Numbered from the stretch's first letter, positions 8,752-17,308 are shown. The stretch is DNA of 32,000 bases from Alphaproteobacteria bacterium (GCA_017475605.1 JAFVFD010000004.1:30001-62000); one strand, 5' to 3'. Translations and numbers: made by a program. The notes: generated by a model not told the origin, from the letters alone.

Positions 8752-8781
8752 AAACCGCCCATCCGGGCGGTTTGTGTTTTT
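8752..8781. terminator. bidirectional rho-independent terminator
   Basis: AAACCGCCC-ATCC-GGGCGGTTT followed by a T-rich run. It reads as a terminator on both strands (tRNA-Thr on +, HNH gene on -). Confidence 0.7.
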
Positions 8782-8901
8782 AATCTTTTTTCCGATTGCC
8801 GAAAAGCCAGGTTGCCAAAATCAGAAAACTTAAAAAGCGGGCGATTTCGTTTATTATGATTTTTCTTTTTTCACGACGCGAAAGTTCCATCTGTGTTTTC
8901 C

Positions 8902-9954
8902 TTATCTGTGTGCAGCAATTGTTTTTTGTAATTCCCAATTCATAACCTGGAACAATTTATTGTTATAGTCATTGAATCGCGCATCCGATGTATTATATTT
9001 CGGCGCATGCGCCAGCATTTCTGCCTGGACTTCGTATGCGCCGCGTAAAATCGTTTTAAAATCGCGCGTGGTTTCCGCCGGACTTAACACCGTTTTATCA
9101 TCGGGGTTAAGGTATTTTACTTCGTTCGTTTTACCGCGCTGATAAAATATACCCCCCAGACCGTTCGCAAAATCAATACAATGCGATTTCACATAGTCAT
9201 TGTCATATAACTTGTAATCGGTTGATATAAACGGTTTGAATATCGGCTGATAAATCAGTATTCTGTCGGACGATGGACCAAAATTACCAAATACCGGCCC
9301 CCGCGCACGTTTCTTGCCCGGCACAATATCATCAATTGCTATATTTGGTGCATCAACCGTTTCAATGTGTGTACCATATGGGAACCCCAGTTTTGACGAC
9401 ACCATAAAATGCGCGGACGCATTTGTAAAAACATAGTTATCAATTATAAACTGGAACGACCCAGCCGCCGATTTGAAATATTGTGTATTTGTATCCGGGA
9501 ATGCCAGGCGAACATCTGGTTGCGGTTTGATTTTTTCAATAATCAACATACGATCGGTCAAACCCACGCGGTCTTTGATAAATGTATGTGGGGGTTCCTG
9601 GTGCAGACCATCTTGTAAATAAACACGCGACAGGCGCAGGCCCAAACGCACCTTGTCCAGCCAATCTAGAAACAAACTTATTTCGCGCGCTGTTACCGGT
9701 TTATCGGCCAAAATATTTAATAAAATCGGTTTTACCTTGCCTTCCAGGTCTGAAAACTCTTCATTACACGACTCGCACGCAGGCATAGTAAAATTCATAT
9801 ATGATATTTTTGGTTTTAATGTGCCGTCCGGTTCCATAACCTTGACCATGGGCATTTTGCCGCGCCCGGTATGTTTAATTAACCATTGTGGAATAATATG
9901 TTCGCGGTTTTTATCAACCGGCGGACGCCCGCAAAACACACAAAACTTGCTCAT
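8902..9954 (-). CDS. HNH (beta-beta-alpha-Me) nuclease-domain protein with ~280-aa uncharacterised C-terminal region
   Basis: 350 aa. N-terminal motif set C5-x2-C8, E18-H19-IIPQWL, C60-x2-C63-N64 (zinc-ribbon HNH). The rest of the protein is not recognisable. Has its own promoter and is flanked by terminators. Confidence 0.75.
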   Translation of the reverse strand: MSKFCVFCGRPPVDKNREHIIPQWLIKHTGRGKMPMVKVMEPDGTLKPKISYMNFTMPACESCNEEFSDLEGKVKPILLNILADKPVTAREISLFLDWLDKVRLGLRLSRVYLQDGLHQEPPHTFIKDRVGLTDRMLIIEKIKPQPDVRLAFPDTNTQYFKSAAGSFQFIIDNYVFTNASAHFMVSSKLGFPYGTHIETVDAPNIAIDDIVPGKKRARGPVFGNFGPSSDRILIYQPIFKPFISTDYKLYDNDYVKSHCIDFANGLGGIFYQRGKTNEVKYLNPDDKTVLSPAETTRDFKTILRGAYEVQAEMLAHAPKYNTSDARFNDYNNKLFQVMNWELQKTIAAHR

Positions 9955-9979
9955 ATCTTTACTTACCCTTTACACGCCC

Positions 9980-10007
9980 ATTTTACGACAAAACAAAATA
10001 TTGTCAA
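9980..10007 (-). promoter_or_regulatory. sigma70-type promoter TTGACA-16-TAAAAT for the HNH gene
   Basis: On the minus strand: -35 TTGACA (10007-10002), 16-nt spacer, -10 TAAAAT (9985-9980), about 25 nt upstream of the ATG at 9954. Confidence 0.5.
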
Positions 10008-10013
10008 GCACAC

Positions 10014-10049
10014 ATAATAAAATAAAACACCGCCGAAAAGACGGTGTTT
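10014..10049 (-). terminator. rho-independent terminator after cvpA
   Basis: Minus strand AAACACCG-loop-CGGTGTTT followed by TATTTTATT, 19 nt after the cvpA stop. Confidence 0.65.
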
Positions 10050-10067
10050 ACAAAACGAAAGTTTAAT

Positions 10068-10838
10068 TTATTCTGCGTTTTGTTCCGCGGCGGCCTCGCG
10101 TGCCTCGGCGGCCTTGGCGGCGGATTCAATTTGTAACAACTGATTTTCCAGCGCAGTCCGTTCAGACGATTTATAGCCCGTTTCGGTCGGCTTGTCCGCA
10201 TCGGTGGCGGTTGTCCCCTTGTCCGCGGGTTTATCGGCGGTTTTCGTTACCACCTTGTCAGATACAGCCGGATTGATAAGATTATTATAAATCTTCATCT
10301 TTTCTTCCATGCCTACCCTGTCCCGCGCCAACAATTTGTTTTCGGTTCCCGGCACAAACCATTTATCCAATAATTCGGCCGTTGTATGCATAATCGGACG
10401 TGTACGCGCAGCATCCAACCAACGCGGCAACCGCGGCGCATCGGAATAATACCATAACGCACCCCAATATATGACACCCATTGCCACAACACCACGAACA
10501 ATTCCAAATATCACCCCAAGTGTTTTATCTGTAACGTTCATAATGCTGTCTTGTATTCTGTCGCGCAGTTTTTGGTTAAAGAAACCAACCGTTATCAAGA
10601 TTACAAAGAAAACAATAAAATACGATGCAACCAATGTTCCAACCGTCGATTCAGACAATTTGAACCAGTTTTGTAACCAACCGTCCAAAATCGGCGATGC
10701 AAAACGCGCCGCAACCGCAGCAATCACCCACGACAATGTCGCGATTGTTTCATATACACCACCACGCATGGTCGCCCAAATGGTCGAAACCAAAACTGTG
10801 ATGATGTATATATAATCCAAGGTTGTTAAATCAAGCAT
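10068..10838 (-). CDS. cvpA: CvpA-family membrane protein (colicin V production protein family) with long C-terminal tail
   Basis: 256 aa. N-terminal LDYIYIITVLVSTIWATMRGGVYETIATLSWVIAAVAARF... and four hydrophobic helices typical of CvpA. Charged Ala/Glu/Lys/Thr-rich C-terminal extension. Confidence 0.8.
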   Translation of the reverse strand: MLDLTTLDYIYIITVLVSTIWATMRGGVYETIATLSWVIAAVAARFASPILDGWLQNWFKLSESTVGTLVASYFIVFFVILITVGFFNQKLRDRIQDSIMNVTDKTLGVIFGIVRGVVAMGVIYWGALWYYSDAPRLPRWLDAARTRPIMHTTAELLDKWFVPGTENKLLARDRVGMEEKMKIYNNLINPAVSDKVVTKTADKPADKGTTATDADKPTETGYKSSERTALENQLLQIESAAKAAEAREAAAEQNAE

Positions 10839-10856
10839 TGTTTGTTTTATCCAGCA

Positions 10857-10967
10857 TTATTTTTTATTGTCTTTCTTTAACAGAACAAAACCCAATCCTG
10901 CGACCAAAACAACTAGCAATCCATAGAACCAAATGGTCGAACCACCGTTATTTTTTTTTTGCCGCAT
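10857..10967 (-). CDS. possible 36-codon membrane peptide, or frameshifted C-terminal anchor of the upstream oxidoreductase
   Basis: Not in the ORF track (<60 aa). MRQKKNNGGSTIWFYGLLVVLVAGLGFVLLKKDNKK is one TM helix flanked by Lys. It overlaps the upstream gene by 20 nt across an A10 run and ends 18 nt before the cvpA ATG. SD spacing is poor. Confidence 0.3.
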   Translation of the reverse strand: MRQKKNNGGSTIWFYGLLVVLVAGLGFVLLKKDNKK

Positions 10968-11427
10968 CCTTTGATGCTGCACTGTATTCAGAAATCGCAC
11001 TTGTTCGGTCAGAGTGTGCCGCCTTGAAAGATTCTGCGTTTTCTTCTAATGCCTTTTTATTTTCCGCCGCAGTTGCTTTTTCTTCATCGCTTAAATCAGC
11101 CGCGACCGCATCACGCAATTCTTGTTGCATGAAATCGGCATAACCCTGGAAGCATTTTTCACCAACGACCAACACTGGTACACCACCAGATTCGTATTCG
11201 CACTTTTTCAATGCATCACTAAACATCTGGTTGTTTGCTTCGTCAAAAACATTAACTTCACTTACCGTCAAATTTGGATATTCATAAATCAATGTATTGG
11301 AAATAAATTCACGCGCATGATGACAATGTGGACATGTCGGTGAATAGTAAATTGTGATATTTGCCGCAGATGCCGCACCCGCAAATGCGATGCCACATGC
11401 CGCCAAAACTGTTGATAATGTTTTCAT
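10948..11427 (-). CDS. periplasmic thioredoxin/glutaredoxin-fold thiol:disulfide oxidoreductase (CPHC active site)
   Basis: 159 aa. AAGGAG SD. Signal peptide MKTLSTVLAACGIAFAGAASA|A. Motifs ITIYYSPTCPHCHH and the cis-Pro motif GGVPVLVVG. Ala/Glu/Lys-rich C-terminal tail. Confidence 0.8.
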   Translation of the reverse strand: MKTLSTVLAACGIAFAGAASAANITIYYSPTCPHCHHAREFISNTLIYEYPNLTVSEVNVFDEANNQMFSDALKKCEYESGGVPVLVVGEKCFQGYADFMQQELRDAVAADLSDEEKATAAENKKALEENAESFKAAHSDRTSAISEYSAASKDAAKKK

Positions 11428-11523
11428 GTTTGTTTCTCCTTTTGTTCGTGATTAAATTATAGAAAATATATTTTATCTGTCGCAAGTGCTTTTTACAAAA
11501 TATGCGAATTTTTTTTGTTAATG

Positions 11524-11532
11524 TGATATAAT
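11524..11532 (+). promoter_or_regulatory. extended -10 promoter element TGATATAAT upstream of ldh
   Basis: A TGnTATAAT match at 11524-11532. This would place the transcription start just before the GGGAGA SD (11544-11549), favouring ATG 11557 over ATG 11542. Confidence 0.4.
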
Positions 11533-11556
11533 AAAAATTAAATGGGAGATACAAAA

Positions 11557-12492
11557 ATGAAAATCACAATTATTGGCATCGGCAGTGTCGGTTCCGCCAT
11601 TGCCACCGCGGTAAAAAATACAGGTCTGGCACATGAAATTGTTTTGTATGATACGGACGGCATTCGTGCGCGTGCCGCCGCCGAAGACCTGGGGCATGCC
11701 GCCGCATTTTCATTTGATGTAAAAATAACTGCGGCAAATAACTATCGTGCAATACGCGGTTCAGATATTGTTATTATCGCCGCCGGCGCGAATCAAAAAC
11801 CAGGTGAAACACGCACCGATTTACTGCAAAAAAATGCCACCGTTATTTCCGATATTGTCCCACGCGTAATGGCAAACATAGATAACAAAAATGTCAAATT
11901 GGTTATTGTTACAAACCCGCTGGATGTTATGGTTATGTTGGCACAAAAATTATCAAAATTGCCCGCTGGCCGCGTTATCGGAACAGGCACAATGCTGGAT
12001 TCGGCGCGTCTGCGCGTGATATTATCACGAACACTTGCGGTATCACCACAATCGGTTAATGCCTATGTTTTGGGCGAACATGGGGACAGTTCTGTTGTTG
12101 CATGGACACCCGCAACAATTGGTGCAATTGGCCTTGACGATTTTTGCCGACAAACAAAAACACCACTGACCGCAAATACCCGCGCAACAATTGAACACCG
12201 TGTTAAAACAGCCGCATATGAAATCATACGCGGGCGCGGTGCAACCTGGGACGGTATTGCCGGCGCGGTAGCGGACCTTGTCCGTTCAATTATAAATGAT
12301 GAAAACCGCATTTTGACGGTAAGCACAGTGTCCGGTGTTGGCGCAAAATCTGTTGCGATGTCATTACCGCGTATTGTGGGTGCTGTGGGCGTAACAAAAA
12401 CATTGATGCCAAAGTTAAGCAAGGTTGAATCGTATGCCCTGCGCCGCAGCGAAAATATTATCAGAAAAAATTACGGTAAAATTAAAAAATAA
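11557..12492 (+). CDS. ldh: L-lactate dehydrogenase (LDH/MDH superfamily)
   Basis: MKITIIGIGSVGSA (Rossmann GxGxxG), GANQKPGETRTDLL (Gln at the substrate-specificity position typical of LDH rather than MDH), VTNPLD, GEHGDS. The track start at 11542 is 5 codons upstream; the GGGAGA SD fits 11557. Confidence 0.85.
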   Translation: MKITIIGIGSVGSAIATAVKNTGLAHEIVLYDTDGIRARAAAEDLGHAAAFSFDVKITAANNYRAIRGSDIVIIAAGANQKPGETRTDLLQKNATVISDIVPRVMANIDNKNVKLVIVTNPLDVMVMLAQKLSKLPAGRVIGTGTMLDSARLRVILSRTLAVSPQSVNAYVLGEHGDSSVVAWTPATIGAIGLDDFCRQTKTPLTANTRATIEHRVKTAAYEIIRGRGATWDGIAGAVADLVRSIINDENRILTVSTVSGVGAKSVAMSLPRIVGAVGVTKTLMPKLSKVESYALRRSENIIRKNYGKIKK

Positions 12493-12496
12493 TCTG

Positions 12497-12521
12497 ACGG
12501 GGCCGCGGCCCCGTTTTTTTG
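12497..12521 (+). terminator. rho-independent terminator after ldh
   Basis: ACGGGGC-CGCG-GCCCCGT followed by T7. Confidence 0.8.
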
Positions 12522-12583
12522 GCATACAATCATATTTATATTATCTAAAAAGATGCTATGCTTTTTTCAAGAACGGGGGAATT

Positions 12584-12883
12584 ATGGCAGACAATATTGA
12601 ATATATCGCTTTTCCAGACGGAAACGGATTTTACGCATATTGTAATGGACGCACCGTCGGCAAAATAACATTTGTGCGTACCGGCCCAAACACAGTCATC
12701 ATTGACCATACCGAAGTGGATGATAAATACCGTAACGATGATGTGGAATTAAACCTGGTACGGCGCGTGTGTAATATTGCCCGCGAACAGCACCGTTTTG
12801 TTTTGCCAATGTGCCCCATCGCCCGAACTATGTTTGGAATGTATCCCGAATTTGATGATGTACGAATGTTGCGCACACGATAA
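12584..12883 (+). CDS. small GNAT-like protein (YjdJ / Acetyltransf_CG-like)
   Basis: 99 aa from the ATG after a GGGGGA SD. The track ORF from 12425 overlaps ldh and the terminator. Pattern ...VIIDHTEVDD...ARE..RFVLPMCPIARTMF..YPEFDDV resembles the ~95-aa YjdJ-type GNAT fold. Confidence 0.55.
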   Translation: MADNIEYIAFPDGNGFYAYCNGRTVGKITFVRTGPNTVIIDHTEVDDKYRNDDVELNLVRRVCNIAREQHRFVLPMCPIARTMFGMYPEFDDVRMLRTR

Positions 12884-12908
12884 AAAACGGGGCGATGCCC
12901 CGTTTTTT
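12883..12908. terminator. bidirectional rho-independent terminator
   Basis: AAAAACGGGGC-GAT-GCCCCGTTTTT between convergent genes. It overlaps the proS stop. Confidence 0.8.
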
Positions 12909-14343
12909 AATACGATTTCGCAACGAATACGAAACTTGGGTCGCTGTCATCAAGGCACCGACGGGAAATCTTGTATTTTTCAATCATCGCATCAAATTTT
13001 TCATTTGTTGTCAAATCATATTTGATACGGAAAAAGCCAATTTTTCCATCGTTTAAAAACTTGTCCAGCATATCTAAATCACGAACATTATGAATCATTG
13101 ATTTATTACGTTTTTGCGCCGCCGCCAACATATCAGATTGAATCGCACCCAGCATATCGCGCACATTCGCAATTAAATCATCGGCGGACATAGTTTTTTT
13201 AGAATCTTTGCCTAAATCGCGACGTGTTACCGTAACGGAATCTGCCTCCATTTCACGCGCACCAATTTCCACGCGTAATGGAACACCACGTTTAATCCAT
13301 TTCCACATTTTGTCGGGACTGCGCATGTCGGAATCGTCAACCAACACGCGTACGCCATTTTCACGCAGTTTTTCGCCCAACACACGTGCATAAGAATTAA
13401 GGACATCTGTTGTTTCTTCGCGTGTAATTGGAATAATCACAACCTGATACGGTGCAACGGCGGGCGGCAAAACCAACCCATCGTCATCGGAATGTACCAT
13501 AAAAAGACCGCCCATCATACGTGTTGATGTTCCCCAGCTGGTTGTCCACGCATGTTGCAATTTGCCATCGGTGCCCAAGAATTTAATATCAAACGATTTC
13601 GCGAAATGCTGGCCTAAATCGTGCGAAGTACCGGCCTGTAAAGCCTTGCCGTCCTGCATAATTTGTTCTGTTGTATATGTATGATCGGCACCAGCAAATC
13701 TTTCTTCTGGTGTTTTTTCCCCCATAATAACAGGTATAGCCAAAACATTTTCCATAAAGTCGCGATATACATTATGCATCTTGCGTGCATCGGCATTTGC
13801 TTCTTCGTGGGTGGCGAAAACATTGTGCCCTTCCTGCCAATTAAATTCAGATGTACGCAGGAACATACGCGGCCGCATTTCCCAGCGCATAACATTAACC
13901 CACTGATTCAATTTCATCGGCAAATCACGATATGACTGTACCCAACGGGACATAGCCTCGCCTATGATGGTTTCTGATGTCGGACGAATCACATATGGTT
14001 CGGTCAATTCTGCTTCTGGGTCGGGCTGTAATTTACCGTCAATCTTTTTAAGGCGATAATGTGTTACAACCGCCGCTTCCTTGGCAAAACCGGCGACATG
14101 TTCCGCTTCGCGATTAAAATAGTCAATCGGAATCAACAACGGGAAATTTGCATTTTGAACACCGCATTCTTTTATACGTTTGTCCATTTGATCACGCATC
14201 AATTCCCAAATCGCCCAACCATATGGCTTGATTGTCATACACCCACGCACAGGTGCATTTTCCGCCAAATCTGCGGCAACGATTAAACTTTGATACCAAC
14301 CGCTAAAATCTTCTGCGCGGGTTGGTGTAATTGCTGTTTTCAT
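12907..14343 (-). CDS. proS: proline--tRNA ligase, archaeal/eukaryote-like type
   Basis: 478 aa. MKTAITPTRAEDFSGWYQSLI..., class II motif 2 region MFLRTSEFNWQEGH, no INS editing insertion, and the chain ends in ...FVFVAKSY (C-terminal Tyr typical of this ProRS type). Confidence 0.92.
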   Translation of the reverse strand: MKTAITPTRAEDFSGWYQSLIVAADLAENAPVRGCMTIKPYGWAIWELMRDQMDKRIKECGVQNANFPLLIPIDYFNREAEHVAGFAKEAAVVTHYRLKKIDGKLQPDPEAELTEPYVIRPTSETIIGEAMSRWVQSYRDLPMKLNQWVNVMRWEMRPRMFLRTSEFNWQEGHNVFATHEEANADARKMHNVYRDFMENVLAIPVIMGEKTPEERFAGADHTYTTEQIMQDGKALQAGTSHDLGQHFAKSFDIKFLGTDGKLQHAWTTSWGTSTRMMGGLFMVHSDDDGLVLPPAVAPYQVVIIPITREETTDVLNSYARVLGEKLRENGVRVLVDDSDMRSPDKMWKWIKRGVPLRVEIGAREMEADSVTVTRRDLGKDSKKTMSADDLIANVRDMLGAIQSDMLAAAQKRNKSMIHNVRDLDMLDKFLNDGKIGFFRIKYDLTTNEKFDAMIEKYKISRRCLDDSDPSFVFVAKSY

Positions 14344-14353
14344 TTTACTTCTC

Positions 14354-15181
14354 TTACTTTGTTACAGGTTTATCTTTTAATTCCATATATTTCTTTGAAA
14401 CTATTTCATACAGGGTTTCTGCTATTTGTTTTCTGTCCTTGCCCGCAATGGGCGGTGGTGGCAAAACGGTAATTTCAATCATAAAACCACCCAATGCCAT
14501 TACATGAAACAGTTGTGCAAACGCACTGCGTTCCCGGTCCGCCAACGGCCCCATATCCATTTTAGCATTTGAAAAATATGCCAAATGATTTGCAATATCT
14601 TTATCACTTATTACATCACCATGCCGGGTACGATAATTCACCACAACTGGCTGGACCGTAATATTAGAATTTTCAACAATGTTAAACATCGCACTTTTAA
14701 ACGGCTTTACATACGCACCATTTGTTGTGGTTCCTTCGGCAAAGATAAACAATGGATATGTTAATTTCGATAATTGTTCGTTTACCTTGGTAATTGCCTG
14801 GGCCGCCGTTGCGGGGTTGCGGTCGACAAAGACAACACCAAACTTTTTCGCAATCGGGCCAATAACAGGCCAATGCGAAACCTCGTTTTTGCCAACAAAA
14901 CTGCCCCCGAACGCATAGGATAACATCGCGATTTCAAATACAGATATATGGTTTGACACAACCAACAACGGCCGCGCATCCGTAAGTTTTCCATGTACCC
15001 GCACACGTAATCCTGTTGTAATTTTCAACCACCACATATATATGCGCATATATGCAACCGAACGCGGTCCCGTTGGCAACAGAAATATGATTGGCAACTG
15101 GATAAATATACCCGCCCAAAATAAAATCATACGCACAACTGCGATTGCTTTTTTAAAAATATTGGGGTCTTTAATCGCCAT
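14354..15181 (-). CDS. olsA: PlsC-family acyltransferase, probable lyso-ornithine-lipid O-acyltransferase
   Basis: 275 aa. N-terminal TM segment, acyltransferase block VVSNHISVFE (HX4D-like) and FAEGTT. The start lies 2 nt after the olsB stop. Confidence 0.7.
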   Translation of the reverse strand: MAIKDPNIFKKAIAVVRMILFWAGIFIQLPIIFLLPTGPRSVAYMRIYMWWLKITTGLRVRVHGKLTDARPLLVVSNHISVFEIAMLSYAFGGSFVGKNEVSHWPVIGPIAKKFGVVFVDRNPATAAQAITKVNEQLSKLTYPLFIFAEGTTTNGAYVKPFKSAMFNIVENSNITVQPVVVNYRTRHGDVISDKDIANHLAYFSNAKMDMGPLADRERSAFAQLFHVMALGGFMIEITVLPPPPIAGKDRKQIAETLYEIVSKKYMELKDKPVTK

Positions 15182-15183
15182 TG

Positions 15184-16152
15184 TTATTCTGCGTCCTCGT
15201 CATTTTCTTTTTCAGACTCTTCCACAAATTCGGCATCCGCCGCATCTTCGCGCAACATAAAGTCAAAGAATGTGCGCACCAATTTAATTGGCACCGTAAC
15301 CGGACTTAACACAATTTTTCCCAGTGTTTTTATCGCCCCATCACGAATATCAACATCCATTCCTTCCAGTGCATCTTCGCGACCGAAATAATGCTTCTGA
15401 TATGCGGCATTAATGTCCTTGGTCTGTAATGTTACGAACACATCATATGAATTAAACGCGTTATCAATAAATACACCCTTGCCGAATGTGGCCCCAAGGC
15501 TTAAATACCCCTTGATAAGTGGTGTCATCTGTTTGCGCGCATCGTCTGGGTCAACAAAAACTTCTGGTAAAATGTTCATTTTCGTCATGCGCGGATCAAT
15601 GTTTTCGGGCAATTTTTCCAGCGCAATCGTCGCGCGCAAATGCGGTGGTGTCAAATGATTGTAATAAAGGTATGAAATCGCCTGGGCCGATTTTGCAGGC
15701 TTGGTCCCGACAAAAGATGCCACCCCAAATAATACAACGATTTTCCGGCGCATAACATATTCCGCCAACCCCGCCCACAGCATACGCATAACCAGCGCAT
15801 TTTCACGATAATTTATATCTACACATGCACGCGACATTTCGGCGATATTACCGGCAACCTTTTTAATCTTGGAAATATTGTATTCTGATTCCGTATAAAA
15901 CCCACCCATCTTTTCTGCGGCATTTCTGTCAATAATACGATATGTACCAACGATTTTGCCATTATGGAACACCGCCATATAATCGGCGAAACGGTCAAAC
16001 GCATCATATTCTTCACGCAGGGCGCGTTGTTCTTCGGTGGTGCCGGCCCCTTCTTCTTCGCAGAAAACGGCATAACGCAACGCGCGCACCATACGGCGTT
16101 CTTCTTTATTTCTGGTTAAACGGACTTCGAAATCACGAACCTTGATAGCCAT
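15184..16152 (-). CDS. olsB: ornithine-acyl-ACP N-acyltransferase (OlsB, hemolysin-like GNAT)
   Basis: 322 aa. ...ALRYAVFCEEEGAG...YDAFDRFADYMAV...IVGTYRII...GGFYTESEYNIS...AEMSRACVD...MLWAGLAEYV follows the OlsB pattern. Acidic C-terminal tail. Confidence 0.82.
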   Translation of the reverse strand: MAIKVRDFEVRLTRNKEERRMVRALRYAVFCEEEGAGTTEEQRALREEYDAFDRFADYMAVFHNGKIVGTYRIIDRNAAEKMGGFYTESEYNISKIKKVAGNIAEMSRACVDINYRENALVMRMLWAGLAEYVMRRKIVVLFGVASFVGTKPAKSAQAISYLYYNHLTPPHLRATIALEKLPENIDPRMTKMNILPEVFVDPDDARKQMTPLIKGYLSLGATFGKGVFIDNAFNSYDVFVTLQTKDINAAYQKHYFGREDALEGMDVDIRDGAIKTLGKIVLSPVTVPIKLVRTFFDFMLREDAADAEFVEESEKENDEDAE

Positions 16153-16243
16153 AAAAAATCCTTATATTATAAATCTATCAAATACAGGTTAGCAAAAACC
16201 GCCGACACTTTCAATTATTTTTATTTTTGGGGAATCAGGCAAT

Positions 16244-17308
16244 TTATTTCAATTTATCGGACAATTCCGCAATCGCAATCGCATACCAGTTTGAATTATT
16301 CCATTTCTTTATACGATAAAAGTTAGGATATGTTAAATATGCTTCTATTACCGGTGCCGGCGCGACATCGGTGTCAGGCGAAACGGCATCGGCGATTATA
16401 TCTGCCTGGACTGCATCACGTGTGGCCTCGATTTCAGCCACATCCGCCACCAACCCCGCAACAATATTGTTTGTTGGAATCGGTGTTCCGTCTGGATTTA
16501 AAACACCCATTGCCGCCCAATCTGACAAAGGCTTCTTTACATCACCCTGTAACAACGACGTATCAAAATCCGCCGGCAAAATAACACGTCGCGCAATACG
16601 TTCGTTCGGGTTCCACCCCAGTTTGTTCAGGTAATTTCCCGCACTGAACATTGCGTCACCCACACTGTTTATAATATCAATACTGTTGTCGCCGTTTCCG
16701 TCAACCCCATATTGTGCCAGTGTTGTTGGGATAAACTGAAAATGCCCCATGGCGCCCGCCCACGACCCGCGAATATTGTTTATATCCAGGTTATTTTTAT
16801 CTGCAATTTTCATCAACGCAATTAACTGGTTCGTAAAAAACTTTTCCCGCCGACCATCATACATAAGCGACAAAAACGCGTTGGTTAGTTTGTGTCTAGA
16901 TTTGACCGCACCATAATTCGATTCCATACCCCAAAAGGCCAAAATAACATGCGGTGGCACACCGAACGCATTTTCCACACGTCCCAACATAGTAGGATAG
17001 CGCAAACGCATTTTTTTGCCATCCTGGATGCGTGTTTGGCTGACGGTGCGATTCAGATACTGCGCCAATGTTAATTTGAATTCTGATTGGTTTTTATCGC
17101 TTTTAACAACCGCGGGCACAAACAATGGTGCGCGCAAGGTATCATCAATTACATTTTGTGAAATATTTTCATTTGCCGCGCGGGTCCGCACCCCATTTAA
17201 TATTGATTCCCAACGCGCCATATCAAACACCCCATTATCAGCGCGCGCGCAATATGGTACGCACAATACCAGCGCAATTAAAACGCTAAAAAACGATTTA
17301 TATCCCAT
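16244..17308 (-). CDS. mltB: lytic murein transglycosylase (MltB/SLT_2 family)
   Basis: 354 aa. Signal peptide, catalytic block GVPPHVILAFWGMESNYG, then ...GSWAGAMGHFQFIPTT... Confidence 0.85.
   Translation of the reverse strand: MGYKSFFSVLIALVLCVPYCARADNGVFDMARWESILNGVRTRAANENISQNVIDDTLRAPLFVPAVVKSDKNQSEFKLTLAQYLNRTVSQTRIQDGKKMRLRYPTMLGRVENAFGVPPHVILAFWGMESNYGAVKSRHKLTNAFLSLMYDGRREKFFTNQLIALMKIADKNNLDINNIRGSWAGAMGHFQFIPTTLAQYGVDGNGDNSIDIINSVGDAMFSAGNYLNKLGWNPNERIARRVILPADFDTSLLQGDVKKPLSDWAAMGVLNPDGTPIPTNNIVAGLVADVAEIEATRDAVQADIIADAVSPDTDVAPAPVIEAYLTYPNFYRIKKWNNSNWYAIAIAELSDKLK

Noticed and set aside
8656-8859. 67-aa ORF
   Set aside because: It runs straight through the tRNA-Thr gene and its terminator, so it is an artefact.
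8668-10067. Classical integrase-borne genomic island at tRNA-Thr (and likewise at tRNA-Arg, 27672-27747)
   Set aside because: By eye I could find no integrase or recombinase gene and no direct repeat of either tRNA 3' end. The HNH gene is kept as a finding, but not as a classical tRNA-integrated island.
11542-11556. Upstream ATG extending ldh by 5 codons (MGDTK)
   Set aside because: The GGGAGA sequence inside these codons is the natural SD for ATG 11557. The extended -10 element at 11524-11532 would leave no leader for 11542. This is kept only as an alternative start.
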